NCBI GenBank assembly: GCA_963752595.1
Contig: CAVVYZ010000009.1
Coordinates: forward strand, 224,001 to 288,000
Direction: 5' to 3'
Length of the DNA: 64,000 nt
From: an uncultured delta proteobacterium
GTDB taxonomy: Bacteria; Desulfobacterota; Desulfomonilia; UBA1062
Positions 1 through 13,639 of this stretch are shown here, one piece after another; position 1 is the stretch's first letter, and each line of letters opens with the position of its first letter. Below the pieces are notes generated by a model. The model did no database searches, was not told the DNA's origin, and saw only the letters and a program-made list of their open reading frames with translations. The position numbers and the translations under genes were made by a program.

Positions 1-11
1 GAGGGGCGCGG

Positions 12-479
12 ATGGAAGAAAAAAGGCTTGGAGATTATATTGATATTGCAATTCAGAGGGAAGAGGAAGCAAGAAGCTTTTACCTGGATCTCATGACCAG
101 GGTACGCGATGCGGCCGGGCAGGAGGCACTCAAACTCCTTGCGGGAGAAGAAGTAAAACACAAGGAATTCCTCATAAGCTATCGCGATGGCGGCCATAGG
201 CCTGACGGGTTGAGGATGAACGACCCGATCGACTATAGGATAGCCGAGCACATGGACAATCCCGACATCACGGGCGATATGCAGAGCAAGGATGTATATC
301 TCGTGGCAGCCCACAGGGAGCTCAACTCTTATAATTTTTACAAAGCGCTGGCCGATCTCCATCCTCAGGGTGGGCTCAGGGACATGTTCAATAAAATTGC
401 CGGCGAAGAGCTCCGACACAAGGAAAAGGTCGAATATCTCTATTCCAATGCTGCCTTTGCCCAGACCGACGGGGGATAG
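12..479 (+). CDS. Ferritin-like / rubrerythrin family protein
   Basis: 155 aa with two repeats of the diiron E...Y...EExH pattern (REEEARSFY...EEVKH; RELNSYNFY...EELRH). Confidence 0.85.
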   Translation: MEEKRLGDYIDIAIQREEEARSFYLDLMTRVRDAAGQEALKLLAGEEVKHKEFLISYRDGGHRPDGLRMNDPIDYRIAEHMDNPDITGDMQSKDVYLVAAHRELNSYNFYKALADLHPQGGLRDMFNKIAGEELRHKEKVEYLYSNAAFAQTDGG

Positions 480-517
480 CACCCTGATGGCGCCGGAGGA
501 GAGAGCTTCACGGAGAC

Positions 518-1822
518 ATGGGTACATATTACATGGATATGGGAGTCCGGTTGAATAGTCTTCTTGTCCTCTTCCTTTCTCTCTATGCCGTTGCCGTGGC
601 TGTACGCATGGGTCTGTATCTCTTGAACACCAGACATTTACGAAAACACGGCCACGAGGTGCCGGAGGAATTTCAAGGGATTGTTGACCAGGAGATGTTG
701 AATAAAATGAGGGACTATACTATCGCGACTGCCAGGCTCGGGGCCGTCGAACAGCCGGCGTACGATATTTTTCTCATTGCGTTGCTCCTGAGCGGCCTGC
801 TCCCGTGGCTCACGGGAGAGATATCCTCCTACGGCATGAGTTTCATCGTATCGGGCGTTGTGTTTTTCTTCCTCTGCTACCTCATCCTGGGCGTATTCGA
901 GATCCCGTTCGATCTCTTCAGGACTTTCCGCGTCGAAAAGAGGTTCTCATTCAGCACCATCACGGGCCGTGTCTGGGTTACCGACCTCATCAAATCCATC
1001 CTCGTCTCGGCCCTGCTTATGGGGGTCTTTCTCTCGGTGTTCTTCGGTCTCATAACGATCGCGCCCAGGAGCTGGTGGTTCTGGGCCTGGATCTTTTTCA
1101 TCTCGTTCCAGCTGCTGGTATCCTGGCTCTACCCGGTGGTGATCGCTCCCTTGTTCAACAAGTTCGAGCCCATAGAAGAGAAAAGCCTCATGGAGGGAAT
1201 ACGGTCACTGGCAGAGCGCTCGGGCCTTACCGTAAAAGGCATTTACAAGATGGATGCCCTCAAGAGAAGCAGGCACTCCAATGCCTATTTTACCGGGATC
1301 GGGAAATCGAAACGGATCGTGCTCTTTGATTCTTTGCTTCAGGATCACACCCGCGACGAGATCCTCTCGGTTCTTGCCCACGAGCTCGGACATTGGAAGA
1401 TGGGACATGTGAGGAAGCAGCTCATCCTTTCGGTCGCCCTCTCATTCGTGCTGTTTTATGGTGCATACGCTGCAGTAACTCATGAAGGACTATACACTAC
1501 GTTCGGTTTTCCTGCGGTGTCGATCTATGCCGGCCTCTTTATCCTGACTATCCTCCTCAAGCCGGCAGCGTTTCTGATAAGCCCTTTGGGGGCCATGATC
1601 TCAAGGCATTTCGAACGCCAGGCCGACGATTATGCCTATGCGCAGATCGGGTCCGCAGATGCCATGGTGAGCGCACTGAAAGTCCTCGCAACCCAGAACC
1701 TGAGCAACCTCCATCCCGACCCTGTCTATGCCTGGTTCACCTATTCCCATCCGCCCCTTGTCGAACGGATCAGGCGCCTGAAAAAACTAGGGAACAACCG
1801 GGGGCGGCGGTTCCCCGCGTGA
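518..1822 (+). CDS. M48 family (Ste24-like) zinc metalloprotease
   Basis: Multi-TM protein with HELGH (HExxH), NAYFTG, ERQAD and SHPPLVERI; start may be a few codons later. Confidence 0.92.
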   Translation: MGTYYMDMGVRLNSLLVLFLSLYAVAVAVRMGLYLLNTRHLRKHGHEVPEEFQGIVDQEMLNKMRDYTIATARLGAVEQPAYDIFLIALLLSGLLPWLTGEISSYGMSFIVSGVVFFFLCYLILGVFEIPFDLFRTFRVEKRFSFSTITGRVWVTDLIKSILVSALLMGVFLSVFFGLITIAPRSWWFWAWIFFISFQLLVSWLYPVVIAPLFNKFEPIEEKSLMEGIRSLAERSGLTVKGIYKMDALKRSRHSNAYFTGIGKSKRIVLFDSLLQDHTRDEILSVLAHELGHWKMGHVRKQLILSVALSFVLFYGAYAAVTHEGLYTTFGFPAVSIYAGLFILTILLKPAAFLISPLGAMISRHFERQADDYAYAQIGSADAMVSALKVLATQNLSNLHPDPVYAWFTYSHPPLVERIRRLKKLGNNRGRRFPA

Positions 1823-1969
1823 GCCATACATGAAAAATCAATACACTGGAGCCCTTGAAACGATATATCCCTGCACCCTACTAGAGCCTTATGCAGTGAA
1901 CAAGGACTACACGATAAAACCATAGTCGATAAACCTCTGTATGCGTAAACCACAGTAAAGGAGGCAGAT

Positions 1970-2761
1970 ATGAAAAAAACAATGACCTTAATGCTATTGC
2001 TTGCAGCCCTTTCGATCCCCGCGGCGGCATCTGCTGCAGGAGTCGAATTCGCCGTCGGTGGATGGTATGTAGATCCCAGCGGTATGATATCGCAAGCCCC
2101 ATTCGGCCCGCGTCAGAATATTAGCCTTTCAAATACAGCCGGCTTCGATAAAGAATGGGAGATCATGGCCAGGGCAAAGATACAGCCGCCCATGCTTTTC
2201 GGAATCTATCTCCAGGCAATCCCGATGTCGTTCAGTTCAACCGATAGCAATGCGTTTGAATTCTCCTTTGGAGACGTGTTATTCAACGCCGGAGACACCA
2301 TCGATTCCGATTTCTTCCTGAACAGTTATGACGCTGCGCTCTACATCCCCATTCCCCTGATTAAAACCGGGACGCTCGGCGTTCTCAGCGCAGAGATCGG
2401 TGCCGGGGCCAGATGGGTGACGCTAAAGGCGGACATAGAAAACACGAGCATTGACGGCGGGCTGATTGAAGGCTCGGCACTCGAGGATACGGAGAGGGCA
2501 ACTGCTGTGTTCCCTGAAGGATATGCAGCCGTCCAGATCAGACCGGTAGAAAAGGTGTCTCTTGAGGGCGAGGTCTGGGGTTACTCCTGGAACGGTGACA
2601 AGTTCTGGTCCCTCGTCGGCAGACTTAAAGTTTTTCCGATCGGACCGTTATTCATTGACGGCGGATACCGCGAGGATTTCTATAACTTCAGGCAGGACGA
2701 TCTGAAAATAAACAATGCCCATTTCAAAGGGCCGTTCGCAGAGGTAGGGCTCCAATTCTAA
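1970..2761 (+). CDS. Outer membrane beta-barrel protein (TIGR04219-like)
   Basis: Signal peptide, amphipathic strands, C-terminal GPFAEVGLQF; RBS AAAGGAGG. Confidence 0.7.
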   Translation: MKKTMTLMLLLAALSIPAAASAAGVEFAVGGWYVDPSGMISQAPFGPRQNISLSNTAGFDKEWEIMARAKIQPPMLFGIYLQAIPMSFSSTDSNAFEFSFGDVLFNAGDTIDSDFFLNSYDAALYIPIPLIKTGTLGVLSAEIGAGARWVTLKADIENTSIDGGLIEGSALEDTERATAVFPEGYAAVQIRPVEKVSLEGEVWGYSWNGDKFWSLVGRLKVFPIGPLFIDGGYREDFYNFRQDDLKINNAHFKGPFAEVGLQF

Positions 2762-3022
2762 AAATGCCACGACTTTTAAAAGTAATTCCTGGCCGGATCA
2801 CATGAGCCGGCGTGAAAAAACTTCAATGAAGAGAATCCTACGCTGAGATAGACAGGAAGATGGGACCGGGATGCATACCTGAGAAATCTTCTCGTCTATC
2901 TCCCCGTATATCTTCTCGTCTCCTTCCCCAAAGAGCTGTTTTGCAGGTATCCAAAAGGCATATCAATAATGAATGGGCAATGATATCATCCTTATCCACA
3001 AGGATTCTCTTCATATTGCATA

Positions 3023-3052
3023 TTGACAAGGGGGGCTCTGCACGAGGACAAT
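3023..3052 (+). promoter_or_regulatory. Sigma70-type promoter for yggS, probably near-leaderless
   Basis: TTGACA-N18-GACAAT ending 10 nt before ATG 3063; no SD in between. Confidence 0.45.
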
Positions 3053-3062
3053 ACCACCGGCT

Positions 3063-3728
3063 ATGGGAATACTTACTGAAAATGTACGCACTATCCTCTC
3101 GGAGTTGCCCGAGGGTGTAGATGTCGTTGCTGCAGCAAAAGGCCACTCTTCAGACGAAATCCGCGAAGTCCTCGATGCGGGCATCAGGCTCGTCGGGGAG
3201 AATTACCTGCAGGAGGCACGCCTGGTTATTCCCGAGATCGGGAACAGGGCAGCGTGGCATTTCACCGGCCATATCCAGAAGAACAAGGTCAAATATATCG
3301 TACCTCTGTTCGATATGATCCAGACGCTCGACTCACTGCCTCTTGCAGAGGCCGTCAATGAGCAGGCGAAGAAGAACGGGAAAATACTGCCGGTGCTCAT
3401 TGAGGTCAACAGCGCCGAAGAACCGCAGAAGTCCGGTGTGATGCCGGGTGATGTTCCTTCTCTCATCGAGCAGGTCGGTGCTTTGGAAAACATCCTGGTG
3501 CAGGGGCTTATGACCATGGGCCCCTTTCTCGAAGATCCGAAAGGATTAAAGCCCTATTTCAGGGCTACGAGAGATTTGTTCGATAAGATCACGATGATGC
3601 ATGTTCCGAGGGTAGAGATGAAGCACCTCTCCATGGGTATGAGCGATTCCTATCGTATCGGCATCGAGGAAGGTGCCACCATGGTGCGCATCGGCACAAA
3701 GATCTTCGGTCCAAGATTCTATCCCTGA
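3063..3728 (+). CDS. yggS: PLP homeostasis protein, YggS family
   Basis: VAAAK (PLP Lys), GENYLQE, WHFTGHIQKNK, LSMGMSDSY, GATMVRIGT. Confidence 0.95.
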   Translation: MGILTENVRTILSELPEGVDVVAAAKGHSSDEIREVLDAGIRLVGENYLQEARLVIPEIGNRAAWHFTGHIQKNKVKYIVPLFDMIQTLDSLPLAEAVNEQAKKNGKILPVLIEVNSAEEPQKSGVMPGDVPSLIEQVGALENILVQGLMTMGPFLEDPKGLKPYFRATRDLFDKITMMHVPRVEMKHLSMGMSDSYRIGIEEGATMVRIGTKIFGPRFYP

Positions 3729-4466
3729 TACGGCCCCGGATCGAAGAGGACATCCATCCCCACACCGGCCCCCAGCATCTCCGCAGCATCGGCACGATTC
3801 GCCGCAATCTCGATGGTCGAGGCGCTCCCGCAGACGAGGGAAAGCTCTCCCGGCGGGATATCGGAGAATGTCCCGGCTATCCGGCCGACCTTCCTCTCCC
3901 CGCATGTTACGGAACACCCATCCTTCAGCTTCACTGAAGGAATGTTGGTGATCACCGTGCCGAACCTGTCGACGTGCACGACCATTTCCCGGGAGGTATC
4001 GAACGCGGCGGGATTATCCAGTTGGAGGCCCGAGGCTCTCCAGAGGTACCCCTTCCATGATTTCGGCAACGACCGGCGCGAAGAGATCCCTTCCGTGGAA
4101 TGTCCGGGATACGGGGCCCTCAGGCCTCCATATTGTTTCGATAACTTCCTGCGCGGGATAAAGAAAGGAAAAGATGCCGTTATCAGGCCCGACAAAGATA
4201 TGCCCTCCTTTCCGGACCGCGAGAGCTGCCCGGGATGTACCCACCCCCGGATCGACCACGCACAGGTGGATGCTCCCCTCGGGGAAATAAGAGAACGAGG
4301 TGGAGAGGAGCCAGGCTGCCGAAATGATGTCATAGGGGCGCACGCCGTGGGTGATATCCACGATGCAGGCATCAGGCATGCGGGAAAGGACCCTTGCCTT
4401 TACCTGGGCCACATACGCATCTTCCAGGCCGAAGTCGGACATGAACGTCACAATACGCCGATCCAT
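3719..4466 (-). CDS. SAM hydroxide adenosyltransferase / DUF62 (chlorinase-fluorinase superfamily), frameshifted near 4020
   Basis: TFMSDFG, DITH, VVDPGVGTSR, TFHGRDLFAP in ORF 4014-4466; VDRFG and EIAAN in ORF 3719-4372. Confidence 0.85.
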
Positions 4467-4526
4467 GCCTTATCTATGCGTGGGAGCAGTGCCCAAGTCA
4501 AGTGAACGCTTGCAGGAAACCCTCAC

Positions 4527-5294
4527 ATGCCCTATATTGAATGTATGGTGATACGAGAGGAAAACTGCTTTTATCCCGATCACGTCATGTATTCGGACCC
4601 CTCGGAGCACGGCTTTCAGAAAGAGGATTTCCTGGTCAACGGCAGCCTCCACTGCTGGCTTATCCAGCCCAAGGACCAAACCAAAAACACGACTACGGTC
4701 ATCCATCTCCATGGGAACGCCGAGAACATGACCTCACACGTTACCGCTTCCCTGTTTCTACCCGAGCTCGGGCATCGCCTCGTCACCTTCGATTACAGCG
4801 GGTACGGCCGCTCGAAGGGAGAACCGTCTCTGAAGCAGATTCAGAATGACGCCCGGTCTGTATTCAGACATATCTTCGGGAATCCAGGCATATTCGGCAA
4901 TAAAATCTTAGGGTTCGGACAGTCTATGGGGGCCTATACACTGGCCCGGATCCTCCCTGATTTCCCCGCTCTGGGCGGCGGAATACTCGAGGCAGGCCTC
5001 TATTCCTTCTACGACCTCTTCGTGCAGGCCTATCCCCATATCCGCTGCGAGGTGCCGAACGAGGGATTTTCGGCACTGGATACGCTCCCTTTGAGCACGG
5101 TCCCGAAGCTTTTCATCCACGGCACCAGTGATTCGGTTGTGCCGTATACGCACTCCGTGCGGATGCACGAGGTTGCCGGCGAGCCCAAGGAGCTCATGAT
5201 CCTGGACGGCGTTGGCCATATCGATGCCTTTGTTTCCCGGCACGCCCGGGAGTACATGAACGCCATCATCTCTTTCATCGAGAAAAACAGCTGA
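4527..5294 (+). CDS. Alpha/beta hydrolase
   Basis: HGNAEN, DYSGYGRS, nucleophile GQSMG, HGTSDSVVP, C-terminal GH; start uncertain (4527 or 4545). Confidence 0.88.
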   Translation: MPYIECMVIREENCFYPDHVMYSDPSEHGFQKEDFLVNGSLHCWLIQPKDQTKNTTTVIHLHGNAENMTSHVTASLFLPELGHRLVTFDYSGYGRSKGEPSLKQIQNDARSVFRHIFGNPGIFGNKILGFGQSMGAYTLARILPDFPALGGGILEAGLYSFYDLFVQAYPHIRCEVPNEGFSALDTLPLSTVPKLFIHGTSDSVVPYTHSVRMHEVAGEPKELMILDGVGHIDAFVSRHAREYMNAIISFIEKNS

Positions 5295-5552
5295 TAAACA
5301 GCGATCCATCTTTTTTTATCCTGTGCAGCCCGGGCAAAGGTTTCCTCGCCTATGGCCTCACAGTTCAGGGTTTTTTTTAAAGAAAAAATAAAACTCCTCT
5401 TGATAAATCGATTTACGACCGTTATATTTCTCTGTAGAGAAACGAACTATCTACGTCCACGATATGAGGGTATTGGCTGGCTCAAAGAGGAGGTTTTTTT
5501 CATTTGCGGGGGGTACGTCCCCCCGCCGGTATCACCAATCCCTCACCATGTC

Positions 5553-8196
<2,644 letters not shown>

Positions 8197-8241
8197 TTAT
8201 CGCCTCTCTCCCTCACAAAGAATCAAATATATGCATTCCTC

Positions 8242-8270
8242 TTGTAGGTTTTCGAACCTGTAATTTCAAG
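8242..8270 (-). promoter_or_regulatory. Putative heat-shock (RpoH-like) promoter of clpB
   Basis: CTTGAAA-N15-CCTACAA on minus strand; same motif precedes both hsp20 units. Confidence 0.5.
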
Positions 8271-8298
8271 ATGATATGTAGTGAATACACATAATGAT

Positions 8299-8326
8299 AA
8301 AAAAGGGGGCTTGTACATAAGCCCCC
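8299..8326 (-). terminator. Intrinsic terminator after the hsp20 operon
   Basis: GGGGGCTT/AAGCCCCC stem followed by T6 on minus strand. Confidence 0.8.
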
Positions 8327-8357
8327 GGAAACAATCTCCAGTAGTTGCTTTTCTTCT

Positions 8358-8867
8358 TTACGAGCTCTTGATCTCGATCTTTTTCTGCTCCTTCTTTCCC
8401 GTTTGAACCTTGGGCAAGGTAACGTTCAGAACGCCCTTCTTGAAGGATGCCTCGACTCTGTCAGGATCTATCTCGCCGGGCACGGGAAGCACCCTTGTGA
8501 ACGATCCGAACGAGCGTTCCATATAATAATTCTCCTTGTCCTTTTCTTCCCTTTCTTCCTTTTTCTCTCCTTTGATGGTTAGAGCGTCCTTGGTCAAGTT
8601 GATATCGATATCTTTCTCATCCATTCCGGGAAGCTCTGCCGTTACCCGGAAGGCCTTTTCGTCCTCGGTCATATCTATCCGGGGAACAAAGGTACCAAGC
8701 TCTTCCATCTCTTCGCCGGCGGGCTTTAAACCGAAGCCTTTGAAGAAGTCATCGAACAGCCGGTTCATCTCTCTCTGGAATGCATCGATCGGCGTCAGCT
8801 CGTGTTCCCTGTTTACCGGAAGATTCCTCCTTCCCCATGTCCACGGAGTCAACGGTCTCATCGCCAT
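8358..8867 (-). CDS. Hsp20/alpha-crystallin protein
   Basis: AELPGM, LTIKGEK, ERSFGSFTR, GVLNVTLPK. Confidence 0.95.
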   Translation of the reverse strand: MAMRPLTPWTWGRRNLPVNREHELTPIDAFQREMNRLFDDFFKGFGLKPAGEEMEELGTFVPRIDMTEDEKAFRVTAELPGMDEKDIDINLTKDALTIKGEKKEEREEKDKENYYMERSFGSFTRVLPVPGEIDPDRVEASFKKGVLNVTLPKVQTGKKEQKKIEIKSS

Positions 8868-8889
8868 AGTCCACCTCCTTTTTTCATAA

Positions 8890-9301
8890 TTATTCTGCTT
8901 GGATCCATGATCTGTTTCGGTTTTGACGCCTCAGCCTTGGGCAGTATGATCTTCAGAACACCGTCTTTCAGCCTGGCCTCGATCTTATCCCGATCGACGG
9001 CCTCTGTTATGGTGAAGGAGCGGTAGAAGTCGCCTATCCCGTATTCTGCATAGACAAGTCTGTGCATATCTCTCTTTTCCGGTACGCCACCTTGGCCTCG
9101 ATCGTGAGGATATCGTTCTCCAGGGTCACCTTGATGTCTCCTTCACCCGCGCCCGGCACATCCGCATAAAGCAAAGGCTGTCCTTGTCTTCGATATATCG
9201 ACATTCGGGATATAGAGAGCACCGGGCTTCGTCCTCTCGGTGGTGATATTCTGATCCAGTTCCTGCCGTTTCACTTCCCGGGTTTTTTCTAATTCAGCCA
9301 T
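8890..9301 (-). CDS. Hsp20 family protein (frameshifted)
   Basis: ADVPG, EYGIGDFYRSF, LKDGVLKIILPK across three frames; RBS AGGAGGTGA. Confidence 0.85.
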
Positions 9302-9315
9302 TATCTCACCTCCTC

Positions 9316-9755
9316 TTACGCAGTCTTCACATTGATTTTTTCGGGAGCTCCTGCTCAGCTCGGGGCAGTGTTATTTTCAGGATCCCTTTGAAATAACCCG
9401 CTTCAACCTTTTCGCTGTCCACGTTGAAGGGAAGCTGGATGGTACGGAAGAAACTCCCCCCGCCACGCTCCCTCCGATGCCACGTTTGACCCTCTTTGAG
9501 CTCCTGCTGTTCACGTTTTCCCTTGATCGTGAGCGTATCGCCGGTAACCGTAAGATCTACATCCTCAGGGTTGATACCCGGGATCTCCGAGGTAATGATT
9601 ACCTCTTTTTCGCTGGAGAAAACGTTGACGGGCGGAAACTTTTCAGCACGGAATCGCTCAAGTCCGGAGAAGAGAAAGTTTCCCCAATCCCTTTCTATCC
9701 GTTCGATCTCGCGAATAGGGTCCCAACTCCAACCGATTGTGCCGATTCTTGCCAT
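9316..9755 (-). CDS. Hsp20 family protein (C-terminal frameshift)
   Basis: FPPVNV, EIPGI, RERGGGSFFRTIQLPF, GILKITLPR. Confidence 0.9.
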
Positions 9756-9784
9756 GACCCCCACCTCCACAATATTTTTTCTTT

Positions 9785-9812
9785 ATGTAGGGTCTTCAGA
9801 ATAGATTTCAAG
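9785..9812 (-). promoter_or_regulatory. Putative heat-shock (RpoH-like) promoter of the hsp20 operon
   Basis: CTTGAAA-N13-CCCTACAT on minus strand, close to the sigma32 consensus. Confidence 0.6.
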
Positions 9813-9914
9813 GGAGGGTGTGAATTTGATCTTGAAAATCTTCTCTCTGTACAAAGGAGCTCTTTTGATGCTAAATATCGAGCCACTTCAGAAGAAAGTG
9901 TGCTTAATAAGGAT

Positions 9915-10128
9915 ATGGCAGCTAAAGGAAAAATAACTATCGATCAAGGGTTGTGCAAGGCATGCGAGCTGTGCATAACCGTCTGTCCTGATGAGGCGAT
10001 CCGGATCTCCGAAGGCCTCAATGACAAGGGTTACCATCCGGCGGAATATCTGCAAGGAATCCTGCAGGGGGTGCGCTCTGTGCGCAGTGATGTGCCCCGA
10101 AGTCGCAATCGAGGTGTTCCGTGGATAA
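9915..10128 (+). CDS. 2x[4Fe-4S] ferredoxin, delta subunit of 2-oxoacid:ferredoxin oxidoreductase (frameshifted)
   Basis: [12 protein letters not shown]; second CxxCxxCxxxCP in shifted frame, ending EVAIEVFRG*. Confidence 0.85.
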
Positions 10129-11187
10129 GAAAGTCCTCATGAAGGGCACGGACGCCATCGCTGAGGCTGCGATCCGTGCCGGGTGCAGATGTTACTTCGG
10201 CTACCCCATCACCCCCCAGAACGAGATCCCCGAGTATATGTCGAGGCGTATGGAAGAGGTGGGCGGGGTGTTCCTCCAGGGCGAGAGCGAGATCGCGTCC
10301 ATCAACATGGTCCTCGGCGCTGCCGCCACCGGCATGCGGGCCATGACCAGCTCATCGTCCCCGGGCATCAGCCTGAAGCAGGAAGGGCTTTCCTTCCTGG
10401 CGGCCCTCGAGCTTCCCGCGGTCATCGTGAACATCAACCGCGGCGGACCCGGCCTGGGCAACATCGCACCCAGCCAGGGAGACTACTACCAGGCGACCCG
10501 CGGAGGCGGCCACGGCGACTACCGGATGCCCGTGTTCGCCCCGGCGTCCGTCCAGGAGCTCTACGACATCACCATGCACTCCTTCGACGTGGCGGACATA
10601 TACCGCACCCCGGTCATGATCCTAGGCGACGGCATGATGGGCCAGATCGTGGAGCCCATCTTCGTCAAAGAAGGCCCGAAGTGGAGCTCCCCCCCAAGGA
10701 TTATATCCTCGACGGTGCCGAGGGCAGGCCTTCACGGATCGTCAAATCCCTGATCCTCGACCCCGCCGAGATGGAAGAGCACAACTGGAAGCTCAAGCGC
10801 AAGTACGACCTCATGAAAATGAAGTCTTCCCAGTGGGAAGAATACCTCACCGATGATGCAAAGATGATCATCATTGCCTACGGCACCGCGGCCCGCATCG
10901 CCAAGGGCGCGGTGAAGCGCGCCAGGAGCCGAAGGTCTGAAGGTCGGGCATGATCCGGCCCATCACGCTGTGGCCGTTCCCCAATGAGGCCGTCCGGAAC
11001 GCCGCGAAAAAGACAAAGGTCTTCCTGATCTTCGAGATGAGCACCGGCCAGATGGTGGACGACGTACGGCTGGCCCTCGAGGGAAGGGCCGAATGCGAGT
11101 TCTACGGCCGGCCCGGCGGCGTTGTGCCCGCTGCCGCAGGAAATGGCGCGGATCATCGAGCGCTTCTGGCTGCAGAAGGAGCTGTGA
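10121..11187 (+). CDS. 2-oxoacid:ferredoxin oxidoreductase alpha subunit, VorB-like (frameshifted)
   Basis: [39 protein letters not shown]. Confidence 0.88.
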
Positions 11188-11188
11188 G

Positions 11189-11940
11189 ATGAAGACGGTA
11201 TACGCCAGACCCAAGATGCCTGAAAACCGCACGTCTTCCACTATTGCCCGGGCTGCGGCCACTCCATCGTCCACCGGCTGGTCGGCGAACTCATCGACGA
11301 GATGGACATGCGGGGCAGGATCATCTGCGTGCCCCCTGCGGGCTGCGCGGTGCTTGCCTACAACTACTTCGACATCGACATGTGCGAGTCTGCCCACGGA
11401 AGAGGATGCGCCATTGCCACGGGGTTCAAGCGGGCACGGCCGGACAAGATCATCTTCACCTACCAGGGCGACGGCGACATGGCTGCCATCGGCACGGCCG
11501 AAACCATCCATGCAGCGAACCGAGGGGAGAAGCATCACCAGCATCTTCATCAACAACGCCGTATACGGCATGACCGGCGGCCAGATGGCCCCCACGACCA
11601 TGATCGGCCAGAAGACCTCCACCTCGCCCTACGGCAGGAGAGCGAAGGTCGAGGGATACCCCCTGAAGATCACGAATCTCATCGCCATGCTGCCCGGCGC
11701 AGCCTACGTCACGCGCACCTCGCTGGCGACCCCTGCCAAAATCCGGGCAACCAAAAAGGCCATCAAGAAGGCCTTCGAGGTGCAGATTGCGGGCTCGGGT
11801 ATTCCCTGGTGGAGGTGCTCTCTCCCTGCCCTACCAACTGGAAGGTGACACCCAAGGAATCCTTCGCCTACCTCGAAAACATCATGGAAAAGGAATACCC
11901 CATCGGGGTCATGAAAGACATCACAGCAAAAGAAGGATAA
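11189..11940 (+). CDS. 2-oxoacid:ferredoxin oxidoreductase beta (TPP-binding) subunit (frameshifted)
   Basis: HYCPGCGH, YQGDGD, NNAVYGMTGGQMAPTT, LSPCPTNW. Confidence 0.88.
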
Positions 11941-11948
11941 AACTGATC

Positions 11949-12497
11949 ATGCTCCAGAAAACCATCATGAGCGGAATAGGCGGGCAGGGGATCCTGTTTT
12001 CCGGCCTTGCTTTGCCTGGGCAGCAATGCTTGAAGGTCACCATGTCACCTATCTCCCCTCCTATGGTGCGGAAATGCGCGGCGGCATAACCTCGTGCACC
12101 ATTGCCATCTCGGACGAAGAGATCGCATCCCCGGTGGCATCATCACCCGATTACCTGGTGATGATGGACAACGAGTCGCTGCTGCGGCTCCAGAACCAGA
12201 GCGTCTCGGGCGGCGAGGTCTTCATCAACACCAGCATCGTGAACAACAGGCCGGTCCGGGCGGACATCGAAGTGGTGGAGATCCCGGTGAACGATCTCGC
12301 GATCAAGGCAACCGTGGGCGAGCAGTATGCGAACATGGTGATGCTCGGGGCCTTCGTGTACCGGACCCACCAGGTCAAGCTCTCCACCCTCATCGACAAC
12401 ATGGAGCTGATCCTGGGAAAGGGAAAAGACCAAATTCAAAGGCAAGAACATCGAGGCCTTGCAGATCGGTTACGAATTTTTTTCAGGGGAGAAATAG
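11949..12497 (+). CDS. 2-oxoacid:ferredoxin oxidoreductase gamma subunit (frameshifted)
   Basis: GIGGQG, PSYGAEMRGG, NMVMLGA. Confidence 0.85.
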
Positions 12498-12500
12498 GTC

Positions 12501-12930
12501 ATGTCTGTCAAACAGTTGCGTCTTGAGACTGCGAATGTTTCCGGGAAGCTCTCGTATCTCAGCGATGTGCTGGGAAAGCACGGGGTCAATATCCGCGCCA
12601 TATCGGTGGGCCAGGAATCGAAAGAGATCTCGTCCATATGCATCGTCGTGGATGATCCCAAGAAGGCCAAGAACGCTCTGAGTTCCGAGAACATCGAATA
12701 CCTGGAGATCGGCTGTGCTCGCCGTGGAGATGCCGGACCATCCCGGCGGAATGAACGCTGTTCTCAAGCCGCTGCGGGATGCTAAGATCAATGTCATCAC
12801 CATGTATCCCTACATCGGCAGGGCATCGAACCCGATCATGATCATGGAAGTGGACAATATCCCGGTCGCCACGGATGTGCTGAAGCGCAACTGGGTCAAG
12901 CTCTGGGATAAGGAGCTCTATCGCCTTTAA
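12501..12930 (+). CDS. Tandem ACT domain protein (frameshifted)
   Basis: MSVKQL, GVNIRAIS, AVEMPDHPGGM. Confidence 0.8.
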
Positions 12931-13639
12931 GCTTCCGCTCGTTTTCAGGAACTCGTTTCGAAGATTCCTTGTCGACGAGCTTCGGGCATATTTTTCAGGG
13001 TGGTCTGCCCTACGTTCACCATGCGTCTCATATGCATTCAGAGCAGAAGCGCCAAGGCCGAACCCTGCAGGCAGAAGCCGGGATCTGCTCCTGAAGGGAA
13101 GCAGTCTGCGGAGACAACTTCCGCATACCGCTTGCTCACCCCGGATATTCACATACTTCATGGGAAGCGTCTTGGTGACATATTCCTTGCTGATAGCCCG
13201 TAAATCTTCCTTTTTCTCGATGGTACCTATCCCGAACACCTCGCCGAGAATCTCGACGGCGAATCTTTCCATGGCTTGCCTGTCGTCGACGGAGACCCCG
13301 TGGAGACGGCACAGGGCGATGATCAGGGTGACCGACTGGTCCAGGAGAAAGAAGTTCTCCACACCCAGGAGCCAGAACGACAGGATCGTGCCGATGCCCG
13401 GCACGATGGAGGGGGAGTTGATGAGGGCGTTTTTCACGGCCTGGGCCTGGGCCAGGTCTTCGATAAGGCCCTGGAAGGCGATGCTCATCCCTGATTCTGT
13501 CGACTTCTTTACCGGGCCGCATCGGCAAACCGCAGGGCCTTTTCATGTTTCCCCGGACGAGATTTCCCATGAGCAGGAGAAACTGATCTCCAAGGATGTC
13601 CAGGACGTCAGAACCTCTTGCTGCGGTCATTGTCATCAT
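12927..13639 (-). CDS. Hypothetical protein, possibly EcsC-like (frameshifted)
   Basis: PSIVPGIGT and LLPAGFGLGASALNAYET segments across ORFs 13136-13639 and 12586-13488; 3' end approximate. Confidence 0.45.

Noticed and set aside
3719-4466. Possible fluorinase or chlorinase
   Set aside because: It retains the Asp, Arg and His motif residues of SAM hydrolases (DUF62) and has no halometabolite context
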